From: an uncultured Thermodesulfobacteriota bacterium
GTDB lineage: Bacteria > Desulfobacterota > CAZCTP01
DNA: 64,000 nt
Reading direction: 5' to 3'
Assembly (NCBI GenBank): GCA_964501575.1
Contig: CAZCTP010000003.1
Location: 10,384 to 74,383 of the forward strand
The notes under the pieces are model-generated. The model ran no database searches, was not told the origin of the DNA, and saw nothing but the letters and a program-made list of their open reading frames with translations. Position 1 is the stretch's first letter. Each line of letters starts with the position of its first letter. The translations under genes were made by a program, and so were the position numbers. This document shows positions 10,480-22,615 of the stretch, in pieces.

Positions 10480-11682
10480 ATGGACATATTTATAGTGATG
10501 ATTATGCTTCTTATATTTGAAGCATTTTTCTCTGGGTCAGAAATAGCTATATTGGCAGTCGATAAGATAAAGGTTAAATATATGGCTGAATCAGGCTCAA
10601 AGAGGGCTAAGCTAATAGATAATATATTAAAAACTCCTGAGAAAATTTTAGGAACGGTCAATATAGGTACAAATTTATCAATAATAACAAATACTACATT
10701 AGCGACTTCAATCATACTTTCTATCTTCCCAGATAAAGGTGATTTACTAACAACCCTTATTATGACTCCAATAATATTGATATTTGGAGAAATAATACCT
10801 AAGAGTATTGCCCAGAATAAAGCGCAATATATTTCTCTGAAAGTGATACCGTTTTTATGGATATTCTACTATATTTTTTCTCCTATAATATTTTTAATTA
10901 CAAGTATATATAAATTTATAAAAAAAGATAGAGATATAGTTCCCTTTATGACAAAGGAAGAATTGTCCCTATTATTAAGGACAAGGGGAAGAAGTATAGA
11001 CTTATCAGAAAAAAATATGATTAATAGGATATTTGATTTTTCAGAAAAGACTGTAAAAGAAGTAATGATTCCATTAATAGAAGTTCAAGCTATTTCAGAA
11101 GATGCTAAGATAAGCAATGCAATAGATATGATTAATAATACAGGTTTTTCAAAATTTCCTGTGTATCGAGATAGAATAGATAATATTATAGGGGTATTGA
11201 AAGCTTTTGATATTCTGAATGAGTCAGAAGAAGAGGGTATAAAAAAATATATAAAAAATGCTTATTATGTCCCGGAGACTAAATCTATAGATGAGTTGCT
11301 TGTAGAGCTTGAAAAAAATAGAGAAGGTATGGGAGTAGTAGTAGACGAGTATGGAGGAGCAGTAGGTATAATAACTATAGAGGATATACTTGAAGAGATT
11401 GTAGGAGAAATAGAGGATGAATATGATGTAAAGGAAGAGCTTTATAGAAAGATTGGCGAAAAAAAATATATTGTAAATGTCAGGATGGAAGTAGACAAAA
11501 TAAACGAGATATTAGATTTAAATCTTCCAAAGGGAGATTATGAAACATTAGGAGGATTTATATTGGAAAGGATGGGAAAAATTCCCAAGGTAGGGGAAGT
11601 TTTAAGATATAATAATATAACATTTATAATTAAGAAGGGGACAAATCGTTTTATATCAGAGGTTATAGTTAAAATAGATTGA
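10480..11682 (+). CDS. CNNM/CorC/HlyC-family protein, tandem paralog
   Basis: 400 aa; same DUF21-CBS-CorC_HlyC architecture as the preceding gene; start immediately follows the previous stop. Confidence 0.8.
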   Translation: MDIFIVMIMLLIFEAFFSGSEIAILAVDKIKVKYMAESGSKRAKLIDNILKTPEKILGTVNIGTNLSIITNTTLATSIILSIFPDKGDLLTTLIMTPIILIFGEIIPKSIAQNKAQYISLKVIPFLWIFYYIFSPIIFLITSIYKFIKKDRDIVPFMTKEELSLLLRTRGRSIDLSEKNMINRIFDFSEKTVKEVMIPLIEVQAISEDAKISNAIDMINNTGFSKFPVYRDRIDNIIGVLKAFDILNESEEEGIKKYIKNAYYVPETKSIDELLVELEKNREGMGVVVDEYGGAVGIITIEDILEEIVGEIEDEYDVKEELYRKIGEKKYIVNVRMEVDKINEILDLNLPKGDYETLGGFILERMGKIPKVGEVLRYNNITFIIKKGTNRFISEVIVKID

Positions 11683-11737
11683 TTTTTAATTGTAATAATA
11701 TTATTATATTTAAAATTAAAATGAAAGGAGATAAGAA

Positions 11738-12235
11738 ATGGTTAAGGTTCTTAAATTACCAGATGAGGTTGTAGAGATAATCAATAATCCTAAAACATTT
11801 AAAGTTGTTGCTACTAAGGATGAGGAAGGAGTTCCTCATGTAGTTTTTAAAGGTTCATTAAGGGCAATAGATAATGAGACAATAGCTTTTGCAGAACTCT
11901 TAGAGAACTCAAGAACTGGAAAAAATATACTAAGACTTATGAATTTCGATTACGACAAAAAGAAACTTATAGCTATTTCTGTATTTAATTCTGAAAATGG
12001 AATATCCTATCAAATAAAAGGAGAGCCTTATCAGCTTGAGGTAGAAGGACCAATATGGGATGAGTTTTTAAAGATGATTTGGAAGTGGAATAGAGATGCG
12101 GATCCAGTCGGAGTATGGTTAGTAAGACCAAGGGAGTTATTAAATCAAACATATAATTTCAGAAAACAGGAGGAGGAAAATAGATTACAACCTCCTGATT
12201 CCATGTGGTTCAAATATCTTGGTCCAAGAGAGTAG
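11738..12235 (+). CDS. PNPOx-like FMN-binding split-barrel family protein (function unknown)
   Basis: 165 aa; shares NNP...KV.AT.D..G.PH....AFA.L...SYQIKG pattern with the 35297..35710 product (paralogs). Fold assignment is by pattern, not by search. Confidence 0.45.
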   Translation: MVKVLKLPDEVVEIINNPKTFKVVATKDEEGVPHVVFKGSLRAIDNETIAFAELLENSRTGKNILRLMNFDYDKKKLIAISVFNSENGISYQIKGEPYQLEVEGPIWDEFLKMIWKWNRDADPVGVWLVRPRELLNQTYNFRKQEEENRLQPPDSMWFKYLGPRE

Positions 12236-12986
12236 AAGAATGAAGAGAGTGGTTGAGCCAAAGAATAGAATAATCTTCCCTTTAGATGTTAATTCTGAAA
12301 GAGACGTTAGAAAATGGGTGAGATTATTAAAGGATTATGTAGGATTATTTAAAGTTGGGAATGAACTATTTACCTATTATGGTCCTAAAATCTTAGATAT
12401 AGTCTATGAGAATGATTGTAAGGTATTTCTTGATCTTAAATTTCATGATATCCCAAATACAGTTGTAAAGGCATCAAAGGAGGCTTTAAAACTTAACGTA
12501 TCTATGTTTAGTGTGCATTCATTAGGTGGATATGAAATGATGAGAGGAAGTGTTGAGGCTATTAAAGAGGTATCAGAAAGATTAAGGCCTTTAATTTTAT
12601 CTGTTACAATATTAACAAGTATGGATAATAACTCTCTCAAGGAGATAGGGATATATGATAGTATAGAAAACTCTGTGCTTCGGCTCGCTTCTCTTTCCCA
12701 AAAAGCTGGTGTTGATGGAGTTGTTGCTTCAGGAAGTGAAACAAAGAGAATTAAAGAAAAATTTGGGAATGATTTTATAGTTGTTACTCCAGGTATAAGA
12801 ATCAATGACCTGTATCACGATCAGAAGAGGGTATCAGGAGTGGTTGAAGCGATAAAAAATGGAGCGGATTATATTGTTGTAGGACGGCCTATAAGAGAGT
12901 CAAAAGACCCTTTAAAGGCAGTTCAAACAATAATAGATGATATTCTAAAAGCTGAACATTATATGCTTGAAGAAAGGATTATATGA
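12219..12986 (+). CDS. pyrF: Orotidine 5'-phosphate decarboxylase
   Basis: 255 aa; FPLDV...[11 protein letters not shown] motifs of OMP decarboxylase; true start probably the internal MKRVV at about 12240. Confidence 0.85.
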   Translation: MVQESRRMKRVVEPKNRIIFPLDVNSERDVRKWVRLLKDYVGLFKVGNELFTYYGPKILDIVYENDCKVFLDLKFHDIPNTVVKASKEALKLNVSMFSVHSLGGYEMMRGSVEAIKEVSERLRPLILSVTILTSMDNNSLKEIGIYDSIENSVLRLASLSQKAGVDGVVASGSETKRIKEKFGNDFIVVTPGIRINDLYHDQKRVSGVVEAIKNGADYIVVGRPIRESKDPLKAVQTIIDDILKAEHYMLEERII

Positions 12987-13858
12987 AGTTTCAGGATATT
13001 ATTTTTTCCCTTCAAAGATTCTGGAGTGAGAAAGGATGTATAATTCAACAACCATACGATGTAGAAGTGGGGGCAGGCACTTTTAATCCTGCTACCTTTT
13101 TAAGAGTACTTGGGCCAGAGCCATGGAGAGTCGCCTATGTTGAACCCTCAAGACGGCCTACTGATGGTAGATATGGAGAAAATCCAAATAGACTTCAGCA
13201 CTATTATCAATTCCAGGTTATATTAAAGCCATCTCCAATTGATATTCAGGATATATATATTGATAGTCTGAAGTATTTGAATATTAACCCATTGGAACAT
13301 GATATAAGATTTATAGAAGATGATTGGGAATCCCCGACACTTGGAGCATGGGGATTGGGATGGGAAGTATGGCTCGACGGAATGGAAATTACACAATTTA
13401 CATATTTCCAACAGGCAGGTGGAATTGATCTTAAACCTATATCTGTTGAGATAACCTATGGTATAGAAAGGATAGCTATGTATTTACAGGAAGTAGACAA
13501 TGTATTTGATATTGAATGGGGTGAAAGAATAAAATATGGTGATATCCATTATCAATCAGAGGTAGAATTTTCCATATATAATTTTGAGGAAGCAGATATA
13601 AATATGTTATTCAATTTATTTGATATTTATGAAAAAGAAGGTATCAGGCTAATAGAAAGAGAGATTGTGTTACCTGCTTATGATTACTGTTTAAAATGTT
13701 CTCATATATTTAACCTTCTTGAAGCAAGGGGCGCAATAAGCGTAACAGAGAGAACAGGATATATTGGAAGGGTCAGGAATCTTGCATCTCTATGTGCTAA
13801 GAAATATTTAGATAGGCGTGAGAGAGCAGGATATCCTTTGTTAAGGAAGAAAAAATGA
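12983..13858 (+). CDS. glyQ: Glycine--tRNA ligase alpha subunit
   Basis: 291 aa; [41 protein letters not shown] is the highly conserved GlyQ N-terminus. Confidence 0.95.
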   Translation: MKFQDIIFSLQRFWSEKGCIIQQPYDVEVGAGTFNPATFLRVLGPEPWRVAYVEPSRRPTDGRYGENPNRLQHYYQFQVILKPSPIDIQDIYIDSLKYLNINPLEHDIRFIEDDWESPTLGAWGLGWEVWLDGMEITQFTYFQQAGGIDLKPISVEITYGIERIAMYLQEVDNVFDIEWGERIKYGDIHYQSEVEFSIYNFEEADINMLFNLFDIYEKEGIRLIEREIVLPAYDYCLKCSHIFNLLEARGAISVTERTGYIGRVRNLASLCAKKYLDRRERAGYPLLRKKK

Positions 13859-15921
13859 ATAAAGATCTTATACTTGAGATAGGAATTGAAGAAATGCCCG
13901 CAAGATTTTTGCCTAAGATATTGAAAGATTTATATAATATTGCTATTAAAGAATTTGATGATAAAGTAATTAAATTTAAAGAGGTTAAAACATTTGGAAC
14001 CCCAAGGAGAATAACTCTATATATAAATAATATTGATGAGAAGCAGGAAGATTTCCGTATGAAGGTTATAGGGCCTCCATCTAAAGTAGCATTTAATTCT
14101 GATAATAGACCTACAAAAGCTGCTATAAAATTCGTAAAATTCCACGGTATGGATATATCTAATATAAAAATTATTTCTCTTGAGAAAGGAGATTATATAT
14201 ATTTAGATAAATTCAAGAAAGGAGAGAGTACAAGGCTTCTTCTTCCAGAAATACTAAAAAAAATAATCTTTTCTCTCCCATTTCCTAAATCTATGAAGTG
14301 GGGAGATTGGGATATCAGATTTGTAAGACCTATACATTGGATTCTTTCAATATATGATGGTGAAACCATTCCTATTGAGATAGCCGGCATTAAGAGTAAC
14401 AATCTATCTTATGGACACAGGTTTCTATCTCCTTCACCGTTTGTTGTAAAGGATTATTTTTCATATATAGAGGGATTAAAAGATAGATATATTATACTTG
14501 ATCAGGCAGAAAGGAAAGAGATAATAAATAATGAAATAAAGAGACTGTCAGAAATGGTTTCGGGTAAAATCATAGATGATCCCGAGCTTATTGAAACTGT
14601 TACATATTTAATAGAATATCCTTTTGCAATATTGGGAAGGATTAATCATGATTTTCTTAATCTTCCAAAGGATGTTATTATTACTGTTATAAGAGATGTA
14701 CAGAAATTCTTCCCTGTAGTAGATAATAAGGGAAAGCTTCTACCATATTTTATATCTATAATTAATACGAAGGTAAATGATCCGGATGTTGTAATTAAAG
14801 GGAATGAAAGAGTTTTAAATGCTAAGCTTAATGATGCAAAGTTCTTTTTTAATGAGGATATAAAAAGAAGACTTGAAAATTATGTAGAAAGGTTAAAGGG
14901 TGTAATATTTCAATCAAAGTTAGGCTCATACTATGAAAAAAGTTTAAGAATTAAAGAAATATCTCTATACCTAGCTGGTAAAATAGATAATAATATAATA
15001 GAGACAGTAGAAAGAGGAGCTATGTTATGCAAAGCTGATCTTGTTACTTCAATGGTATCAGAATTTCCGAATCTTCAAGGAGTGATGGGAAGAGAATATG
15101 CTATACTTTCGGATGAAAAGATAGAAGTAGCTGATGCAATATATGAACACTATTTACCAACTTCATCAAAAGATATAATACCTACTTGCAACGCTGGAGC
15201 AATTATAGGTATTGCAGATAGAATAGATACAATAGTAGGATGTTTTGGTATAGGATTAATACCATCAGGGACTTCAGATCCCTATGGATTAAGAAGAAAT
15301 ACTATTGCTATAATAAATATAGTAATTGGAAAGGGTTATCATATATCATTGAATGCTCTTGTTAACAAGGGGTTAGAACTCCTTGAAAATAAAATAGAGA
15401 GAGATAAGGACAGTATTAAAAGTGATATAATAGAGTTTTTTAGAATTAGACTAAATAACAAACTTGTTTCAGAGGGACATTTATATGATACAGTTGATGC
15501 GGTATTATCAGTATATTTTGATGATATATTAGATTCAGTAGAACGCATAAGAGCTTTATCATATGCAAGATCTTATCTTAAATTTGATGACCTTATAATA
15601 CCCTTTAAAAGGGCTATAAATATAATTAAAGGTTTTGAATATTCAGAAATAAATGAAACTCTATTTGAGAATAAAGTTGAAAAAGAACTTTATGAAATTC
15701 TTATTCCTATAGAAGAAAGGACTAACATTTTGATAGAAAGGAGGGATTATACAGGGGTATTAAAAGAGATGTTATCACTTAGAAAGCCTATAGATAATCT
15801 ATTTAATAAGGTAATGATAATGACAGAGGATGAAAATATAAGAAATAATCGTATATCCCTTCTTAGAAGGATATGCATGTTATTTTCTAAATTTGCCGAT
15901 TTTTCAAAGATATCATTTTAA
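13855..15921 (+). CDS. glyS: Glycine--tRNA ligase beta subunit
   Basis: 688 aa; follows glyQ with 4-nt overlap; GlyS tRNA-binding and anticodon-binding regions. Confidence 0.9.
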   Translation: MNKDLILEIGIEEMPARFLPKILKDLYNIAIKEFDDKVIKFKEVKTFGTPRRITLYINNIDEKQEDFRMKVIGPPSKVAFNSDNRPTKAAIKFVKFHGMDISNIKIISLEKGDYIYLDKFKKGESTRLLLPEILKKIIFSLPFPKSMKWGDWDIRFVRPIHWILSIYDGETIPIEIAGIKSNNLSYGHRFLSPSPFVVKDYFSYIEGLKDRYIILDQAERKEIINNEIKRLSEMVSGKIIDDPELIETVTYLIEYPFAILGRINHDFLNLPKDVIITVIRDVQKFFPVVDNKGKLLPYFISIINTKVNDPDVVIKGNERVLNAKLNDAKFFFNEDIKRRLENYVERLKGVIFQSKLGSYYEKSLRIKEISLYLAGKIDNNIIETVERGAMLCKADLVTSMVSEFPNLQGVMGREYAILSDEKIEVADAIYEHYLPTSSKDIIPTCNAGAIIGIADRIDTIVGCFGIGLIPSGTSDPYGLRRNTIAIINIVIGKGYHISLNALVNKGLELLENKIERDKDSIKSDIIEFFRIRLNNKLVSEGHLYDTVDAVLSVYFDDILDSVERIRALSYARSYLKFDDLIIPFKRAINIIKGFEYSEINETLFENKVEKELYEILIPIEERTNILIERRDYTGVLKEMLSLRKPIDNLFNKVMIMTEDENIRNNRISLLRRICMLFSKFADFSKISF

Positions 15922-15936
15922 TTTAAGGAGGTTTCA

Positions 15937-18588
15937 ATGGCTCTAAAATATATTTACTTTTTTGGAGAAGGAAAAGCCGATGGTAACGCAAATATGAAGG
16001 ATTTATTAGGTGGTAAAGGAGCAAATCTTGCTGAAATGACAAATTTAGGTATTCCTGTTCCTCCGGGTTTTACAATAACAACCCAGGCTTGTATAGAGTT
16101 TTTTAAGAATGAGGGCGAATATCCAGATGGTATGTGGGAAGAGTTGATTGAAAATTTAAACAAATTAGAATCTATCATGGGAACAAAGCTTGGTGATTCA
16201 GAAAATCCTCTTTTAGTTTCTGTAAGATCTGGTGCTAAGTATTCTATGCCTGGTATGATGGATACGATCTTAAATCTTGGTCTTAATGATAACTCTCTTA
16301 AAGGACTTATAAAGAAAACAAATAATGAGAGATTTGCATATGATGCATATAGACGTTTTATTGCAATGTTTGGATCTATTGTAATGAATATTGATAAAAA
16401 GAGATTTGAAAATATATTAGAAGAGAAGAAAAAAGAGGCTGGGATAAAGGATGATACAGAGCTTTTAGTACAGGACCTAAAAGATATAACAGATAAATAT
16501 AAGATGATTTATAAAAAAGAGACAGGCGATGAACTACCTTCTAATCCACTGGACCAATTGAAACTTGCTATAAACGCTGTCTTTAATTCATGGTGGAGTG
16601 AAAGAGCAAAAACCTATAGAAAACTTCATGGTATTTCTGATGATTTAGGCACAGCGGTAAATGTTGTTACAATGGTTTTCGGAAATATGGGGGATACATC
16701 AGGGACTGGTGTAGCATTTACAAGGAATCCTTCTACAGGAGAAAATAAATTTTATGGTGAGTATTTAGCAAATGCTCAGGGAGAAGATGTGGTTGCAGGT
16801 ATAAGAACTCCTCTTCCTATAGAAGCTCTCTCAAAGAGTATGCCAGATGTGTATAATGAGCTTATAAATATTTATAAAAAACTTGAAAATCATTATAAAG
16901 ATATGCTTGATATTGAATTTACTGTTCAAGAAGGAAAGTTATATATACTACAAACAAGAGTTGGTAAACGGACAGCGAGGGCTGCCCTTAAAATTGCTGT
17001 AGATATGGTAAAGGAAGGATTAATAGATAAAAAGGACGCTATTCTTAGAATAACTCCTGAACAGGTTGAGCAACTCCTTCATCCAATGATAAATCCTGAT
17101 ATAAAGGTTAATAAGATAGCAAAGGGGCTTCCTGCTTCTCCTGGAGCTGCTGTTGGAAGAGTGGTGTTTACAGCTACAGATGCAGAAAGGATAGCATCTA
17201 AAAAAGAAAAAGTTATTCTTTTAAGACTTGAAACTTCTCCAGAAGATATAGGTGGTATGCATGCAGCAGAAGGTATACTAACAGCAAGAGGTGGTATGAC
17301 TTCACATGCAGCAGTTGTTGCAAGAGGTATGGGGAAGCCATGTATTGTGGGTTGTGGGGAATTAGTAATTAATGAGGAAGAGAAATATTTTACTGTGAAT
17401 GATGTAAAGGTCAATGAGGGCGATTATATAACAATAGATGGAAGTACGGGAGAAGTTATTCTTGGGGCAGTAGATCTTGTTGAACCAAAACTTACCGGGG
17501 ATTTTAGTACACTTATGGAGTGGGCAGATGAATTCAGAGAAATAGGAGTCCGTGCAAATGCTGATACTCCAAAAGATGCAAAGGTAGCAAGGGAGTTTGG
17601 AGCTGAAGGCATAGGATTGTGTAGAACAGAACATATGTTTTTTGGAGGAGACAGAATAAAGGCAATGCGCGAAATGATACTTGCAAATGATAAACAAGGA
17701 AGAGAGAGAGCTCTTGCTAAAATTCTACCAATGCAGAAGAATGATTTTATAGAAATATTTAAGGCTATGGAAGGGTATCCTGTAACTATAAGACTTCTTG
17801 ATCCTCCTCTTCATGAATTTCTTCCTCATACAGATGATGAGATAAAGGAACTCTCGAAAGAAATGGGAGTTTCTGTTGAAGAATTAAAGGCAAAGCAAAA
17901 GGCTTTATTTGAATTTAATCCTATGCTTGGATACAGAGGATGCCGTCTTGGAATAACGTATTCTGAAATATATGAGATGCAGGTTAATGCTATAATGGAA
18001 GCTGCATGTAAACTTACAAAAGAAGGTATAGAGGTTATACCAGAAATAATGATCCCTCTTGTAGCATATGTGAATGAGTTAAGGGTGATGAAAGAAATGA
18101 CGATTAAGACAGCAGATAAAGTGATGAGTAAATATGGTGTTAAAGTAGATTATAAAATTGGAACCATGATAGAGCTTCCAAGAGCAGCCCTCACAGCAGA
18201 TGAGATTGCTAAAGAGGCAGAATTTTTTTCATTTGGGACAAATGATCTTACACAAACTACTATCGGACTTAGTCGTGATGATGCAGGTAAATTCTTACCT
18301 TATTATGTAGAAAATAGGATAATTGATAAGGATCCTTTTATTAGCATAGATCAAAGTGGTGTAGGACTTCTCATAAAAATAGGTGTTGAAAAGGGGAGAA
18401 AAACAAAGCAGGATTTAAAAATAGGAATTTGTGGAGAACATGGAGGAGATCCTGCATCTATAGAATTCTGTCATATTAACGGATTGAATTATGTCAGTTG
18501 TTCTCCATATAGAGTTCTTATAGCAAGATTATCAGGAGCTCAGTCTAATTTAAAGAAGGAGGCTGTAGAATCAATTGACTATAGATAA
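15937..18588 (+). CDS. ppdK: Pyruvate, phosphate dikinase
   Basis: 883 aa; PEP-utilising His domain GGMTSHAAVVARGMGKPC, C-terminal PEP/pyruvate TIM barrel with GICGEHGGDP. Confidence 0.95.
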   Translation: MALKYIYFFGEGKADGNANMKDLLGGKGANLAEMTNLGIPVPPGFTITTQACIEFFKNEGEYPDGMWEELIENLNKLESIMGTKLGDSENPLLVSVRSGAKYSMPGMMDTILNLGLNDNSLKGLIKKTNNERFAYDAYRRFIAMFGSIVMNIDKKRFENILEEKKKEAGIKDDTELLVQDLKDITDKYKMIYKKETGDELPSNPLDQLKLAINAVFNSWWSERAKTYRKLHGISDDLGTAVNVVTMVFGNMGDTSGTGVAFTRNPSTGENKFYGEYLANAQGEDVVAGIRTPLPIEALSKSMPDVYNELINIYKKLENHYKDMLDIEFTVQEGKLYILQTRVGKRTARAALKIAVDMVKEGLIDKKDAILRITPEQVEQLLHPMINPDIKVNKIAKGLPASPGAAVGRVVFTATDAERIASKKEKVILLRLETSPEDIGGMHAAEGILTARGGMTSHAAVVARGMGKPCIVGCGELVINEEEKYFTVNDVKVNEGDYITIDGSTGEVILGAVDLVEPKLTGDFSTLMEWADEFREIGVRANADTPKDAKVAREFGAEGIGLCRTEHMFFGGDRIKAMREMILANDKQGRERALAKILPMQKNDFIEIFKAMEGYPVTIRLLDPPLHEFLPHTDDEIKELSKEMGVSVEELKAKQKALFEFNPMLGYRGCRLGITYSEIYEMQVNAIMEAACKLTKEGIEVIPEIMIPLVAYVNELRVMKEMTIKTADKVMSKYGVKVDYKIGTMIELPRAALTADEIAKEAEFFSFGTNDLTQTTIGLSRDDAGKFLPYYVENRIIDKDPFISIDQSGVGLLIKIGVEKGRKTKQDLKIGICGEHGGDPASIEFCHINGLNYVSCSPYRVLIARLSGAQSNLKKEAVESIDYR

Positions 18589-18633
18589 ACTTTATGATAT
18601 TTGTTAATAAAATCAAAAACAAAAAGGTGAGCT

Positions 18634-19983
18634 ATGTCTAAAAAAGTTTTATTGGCAGACGATAGTATTACTATTCAAAAGGCTATTTCCATAATTTTTT
18701 CTACAGAGGATATCTCTCTAACAATGGTTAATAACGGTACAGATGCTATAACCAAGGCAAAGGAGCTAAAACCAGATTTAATATTAGCAGATGTATCTAT
18801 GCCTGGGAAAAATGGCTTTGAGGTGTGTGAATATATAAAAAATGATCCAGAGTTAAAAGATATACCTGTGCTTATATTGGCAAGTACATTTGAGCCATTC
18901 AATGAGGAGGAATACAGAAAGGTTAGAGCTGATGACTATATAGTTAAGCCTTTTGAATCGAAAGAATTAATGGATAAAGTTAACTCTTTATTATTTATGA
19001 AGAAGACTGGTGAAGAAGTTACAGAATATGAGGAAATTCTGGAAGAAACAGAAGAGTTGACTTTTGAGGAAGAACCTCAAATTGAGGATGAAGGCGAAAG
19101 ATTATCTGAAGAAGAGGATTTACTAACAGAAGAGGATTTAAAATTCTTAGACTCTCTCGAAGAGGAAATTTCAGAGAAGGAAGCTGAAGAAGAGATTAGA
19201 GAGGAATTTTCTTTAGAAGAGTCCTTTACCGAAGAACCTCAAATAAAAGAGACTGGAGAGAAAACTTTTCAAAGTGAGTCTAAAGAATCATTAGGAGAAA
19301 TAGGTATATGGGACGATGAATTTATTGAAGAAATAGAAGAGAGGGAAGTAGTTGAAGAGCTTCCTGAAGGGGAAATTATAGAGGAACTACCAGAAGAGGA
19401 AATAATTTTAGAAGAAGAAATAGAAGACCTTTCAGAAGAAGGAAAGATAGAATTATCTCCTGAGGAGCTGAAGATAGAATCTGATGTAGAAAAACCATTA
19501 GAAAGTGAAGAGGAGGAGATAATAGAAGAATTAGAAGAAATTTCAGAAGAGTGGGAAGAAGAGGCAGAGGAATTAGAAGAGATTCCAGAGGAATTAAAGA
19601 TAGAAGAAAAGGAATTATTAGAAGAAATAGATAAATTTCCAAAGGAGGATATAGAGGCGTTTCCTAAAGAAGAAATTAAATTGGAAGAAGGCGGGGCTGA
19701 AGAAGCTGTTTTAGATGAATTTAATAGGGAGATAACGGATCATTACGAAACGGTTTATAAGATTGAGGAAATTTCGGAATCACCTAGTGAAAAAGAAGAG
19801 AGGGAATTAGAAAAACGTATTGAAAGTGAAATTAAAGCTATTCCTGAGAAAAAGTTAGAAGATATAATTGCAAATGTTGCTAAAGATATAATAAAAGATA
19901 TTGCTTGGGAAGTTATTCCTGATATAGCTGAAAATTTGATAAAGGATGAGATAAGAAGGTTAAAGGAGGGGGAGGTATCCTGA
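18634..19983 (+). CDS. CheY-like receiver domain protein with about 320-residue Glu-rich low-complexity tail
   Basis: N-terminal REC domain (LLADDS...DLILADVSMPGKNG...DDYIVKPF); the remainder is EE[IL]xE-type acidic repeats encoded by GAAGAA-rich DNA. Confidence 0.7.
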   Translation: MSKKVLLADDSITIQKAISIIFSTEDISLTMVNNGTDAITKAKELKPDLILADVSMPGKNGFEVCEYIKNDPELKDIPVLILASTFEPFNEEEYRKVRADDYIVKPFESKELMDKVNSLLFMKKTGEEVTEYEEILEETEELTFEEEPQIEDEGERLSEEEDLLTEEDLKFLDSLEEEISEKEAEEEIREEFSLEESFTEEPQIKETGEKTFQSESKESLGEIGIWDDEFIEEIEEREVVEELPEGEIIEELPEEEIILEEEIEDLSEEGKIELSPEELKIESDVEKPLESEEEEIIEELEEISEEWEEEAEELEEIPEELKIEEKELLEEIDKFPKEDIEAFPKEEIKLEEGGAEEAVLDEFNREITDHYETVYKIEEISESPSEKEERELEKRIESEIKAIPEKKLEDIIANVAKDIIKDIAWEVIPDIAENLIKDEIRRLKEGEVS

Positions 19984-19987
19984 AGTT

Positions 19988-22615
19988 ATGGGTAAATTAT
20001 TAGAGAAGGTTTATAATCCTCATAAGATAGAAGATAAATGGTATAATTTCTGGATAGAAAATAATTTCTTCCATGCGGAGGAGGACTCTGATAAAAAACC
20101 CTTTTCGATTGTAATTCCACCACCAAATATCACCGGTTCCCTTCATATGGGTCATGCATTAAATAATACACTTCAAGATATAATTGCCAGATATAAGAGA
20201 ATGCAGGGCTATAATGTTTTATGGATGCCAGGGACAGATCATGCCGGTATCGCTACCCAAAATGTAGTAGAGAGAGATATAATGAAGAAGGGATTTACTC
20301 GTCAATCATTAGGAAGAGAGGAGTTTATAAAGAGGATATGGAAATGGAAAGGGAAATATGGTAACGAGATAATAAATCAGCTTAAAAGGCTTGGTGCATC
20401 CTGCGATTGGGAAAGAGAAAGGTTTACAATGGATGAAGGGCTTTCTCTGGCTGTAAAAGAAGTATTTGTAAGACTTTATGAAGAGAATCTTATATATATA
20501 GGTGATTATATAATAAATTGGTGCCCAAGATGCTTAACGGCTTTATCTGATCTTGAGGTAGAGCATAAAGAGGTGGATGGAAATCTTTACTATATAGATT
20601 ATCCGGTAAAAAATAGCACTTATTCTATACAAATTGCTACTACAAGGCCAGAAACTATGCTCGGAGATACAGCAGTTGCTGTTAATCCCGAGGATAAGAG
20701 ATATTCAGATTTTGTAGGTAAGGTTGCAATTTTACCCATTGTAAATAGAGATATTCCTATTATTATGGATGAATATGTTGACATGGATTTCGGATCTGGA
20801 GCTTTAAAGATTACCCCTGCCCATGATCCATATGACTTTGAAGTTTCAAAAAGGCATAATTTGGATGTGATAAAGATGATGGAAGATGATGGAACTATTA
20901 AGAAAGGATTTGGTAAATATAGCGGTATGGATAGATTTTACTGCAGAGATGAAATTGTAAAAGACTTAAAAAATTTAGGCTTTTTGAAAAGAATAGAGGA
21001 ATATAAACATACAGTAGGACATTGCTATAGATGTAGGTCTATCGTGGAACCGATATTATCAAAACAATGGTTTGTTAAAGTAAAACCGCTCTCCTTATCT
21101 GCAATTGAGGCTGTAAAAAAGGGTAAAACAAGAATAATACCCAAGGGGTGGGAGAAAACATACTTTGAATGGATGAAGAATATAAAAGATTGGTGTATAT
21201 CACGCCAAATATGGTGGGGACATAGAATACCAGCATGGCATTGTGATGACTGTAAAGAGATAACGGTGGCAAGGGAAGAGCCAACAATTTGTAAACATTG
21301 TAATAGTAAAAATATTCACCAGGATACAGATGTTCTTGATACATGGTTTTCCTCAGCTTTATGGCCATTTAGTACATTTGGCTGGCCTAGTCATACAAAA
21401 GAATTAGAGGTATTCTATCCAACATCGCTTCTTGTAACAGGGTTTGATATTCTATTCTTCTGGGTTGCAAGGATGATGATGATGGGGATAAAATTCATGC
21501 ATGATGTTCCATTTAGAGATGTATACATTCATGCTCTTGTAAGGGATGCTGAAGGACAGAAGATGAGTAAATCTAAGGGTAATGTTATTGATCCATTAAT
21601 AATTATGGATAAATATGGAACAGATGCATTTCGTTTTACACTTGCTGCATTTGCTGCTCAAGGTAGGGATGTTAAACTTTCAGAGGATAGAATAGAAGGA
21701 TACAGAAACTTTATGAATAAGCTATGGAATGCTTCTCGATTTTCTCTAATGAATATTGATGATGCTTCAATAGAGATTAAAAAAGAATTTTTATCTATTC
21801 CTGATAAATGGATTCTATCAAGATTAAGAGATGTAACCTCTCAGACAATAAAGGCACTTGATGAGTATAGATTTAATGATGGGGCACATATATTATATCA
21901 ATTTGTATGGCATGAATTCTGTGACTGGTATATTGAGTTTATAAAACCATTATTATATGGAGATAGTGATCCATCTCAAAAGATATGTACGAAAAAGGTT
22001 CTTGAAATAGCTCTTAGAGCAATTCTTAGACTACTCCATCCCTTTATACCTTTCATTACCGAAGAAATATGGCAATCTCTGCCATCCACAAAGGAGAGCT
22101 TGACAATATCAAGATATCCAGAGATAGATGAATTTCCATCATTTGAAGATGAGTCAAAAGAGATAGCTCTTATAACAGATATAATTAGTGGAATAAGAAA
22201 TATTAGAGGAGAGATAAGAATATCTCCATCTGAATATGTTGATTTGATCCTCTTAACCAATAATAAAAATAATCTTATATATATAGAGAGGAATGTGGAA
22301 TATATAAAAAATTTAGCAAAAGTTAGAGAAATACATATAAATACGGATAGGCCGCTAAATAGTGCTACCGGAGTTGTAAAGGATATAGAAATATTTGTAC
22401 CTATAGCCAATATTCAGAGTGAGATAAAAAGGCTGAATAAAGAAATAGAAAAGATAGATAAAGAGTTTAAATTAATAAATAAGAAGCTCTTAAATGAAGA
22501 TTTTATTGAAAATGCACCAGATGAGATAGTTGAAAAAGAAAGAAGAAAGGCTAAAGAGCTTGTTGAAAAAAGGGATAAACTCAAAAAGAGTTTAGAGAAT
22601 ATTGAAAGAATTTAA
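19988..22615 (+). CDS. valS: Valine--tRNA ligase
   Basis: 875 aa; HMGH and KMSKS class I signature motifs, C-terminal coiled-coil. Confidence 0.95.
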   Translation: MGKLLEKVYNPHKIEDKWYNFWIENNFFHAEEDSDKKPFSIVIPPPNITGSLHMGHALNNTLQDIIARYKRMQGYNVLWMPGTDHAGIATQNVVERDIMKKGFTRQSLGREEFIKRIWKWKGKYGNEIINQLKRLGASCDWERERFTMDEGLSLAVKEVFVRLYEENLIYIGDYIINWCPRCLTALSDLEVEHKEVDGNLYYIDYPVKNSTYSIQIATTRPETMLGDTAVAVNPEDKRYSDFVGKVAILPIVNRDIPIIMDEYVDMDFGSGALKITPAHDPYDFEVSKRHNLDVIKMMEDDGTIKKGFGKYSGMDRFYCRDEIVKDLKNLGFLKRIEEYKHTVGHCYRCRSIVEPILSKQWFVKVKPLSLSAIEAVKKGKTRIIPKGWEKTYFEWMKNIKDWCISRQIWWGHRIPAWHCDDCKEITVAREEPTICKHCNSKNIHQDTDVLDTWFSSALWPFSTFGWPSHTKELEVFYPTSLLVTGFDILFFWVARMMMMGIKFMHDVPFRDVYIHALVRDAEGQKMSKSKGNVIDPLIIMDKYGTDAFRFTLAAFAAQGRDVKLSEDRIEGYRNFMNKLWNASRFSLMNIDDASIEIKKEFLSIPDKWILSRLRDVTSQTIKALDEYRFNDGAHILYQFVWHEFCDWYIEFIKPLLYGDSDPSQKICTKKVLEIALRAILRLLHPFIPFITEEIWQSLPSTKESLTISRYPEIDEFPSFEDESKEIALITDIISGIRNIRGEIRISPSEYVDLILLTNNKNNLIYIERNVEYIKNLAKVREIHINTDRPLNSATGVVKDIEIFVPIANIQSEIKRLNKEIEKIDKEFKLINKKLLNEDFIENAPDEIVEKERRKAKELVEKRDKLKKSLENIERI

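Noticed and set aside
19376-19642. 88-aa minus-strand ORF inside the acidic repeat region of the receiver protein
   Set aside because: Product is poly-Leu/Phe, the antisense reading of GAA/GAG-rich DNA; not a gene.
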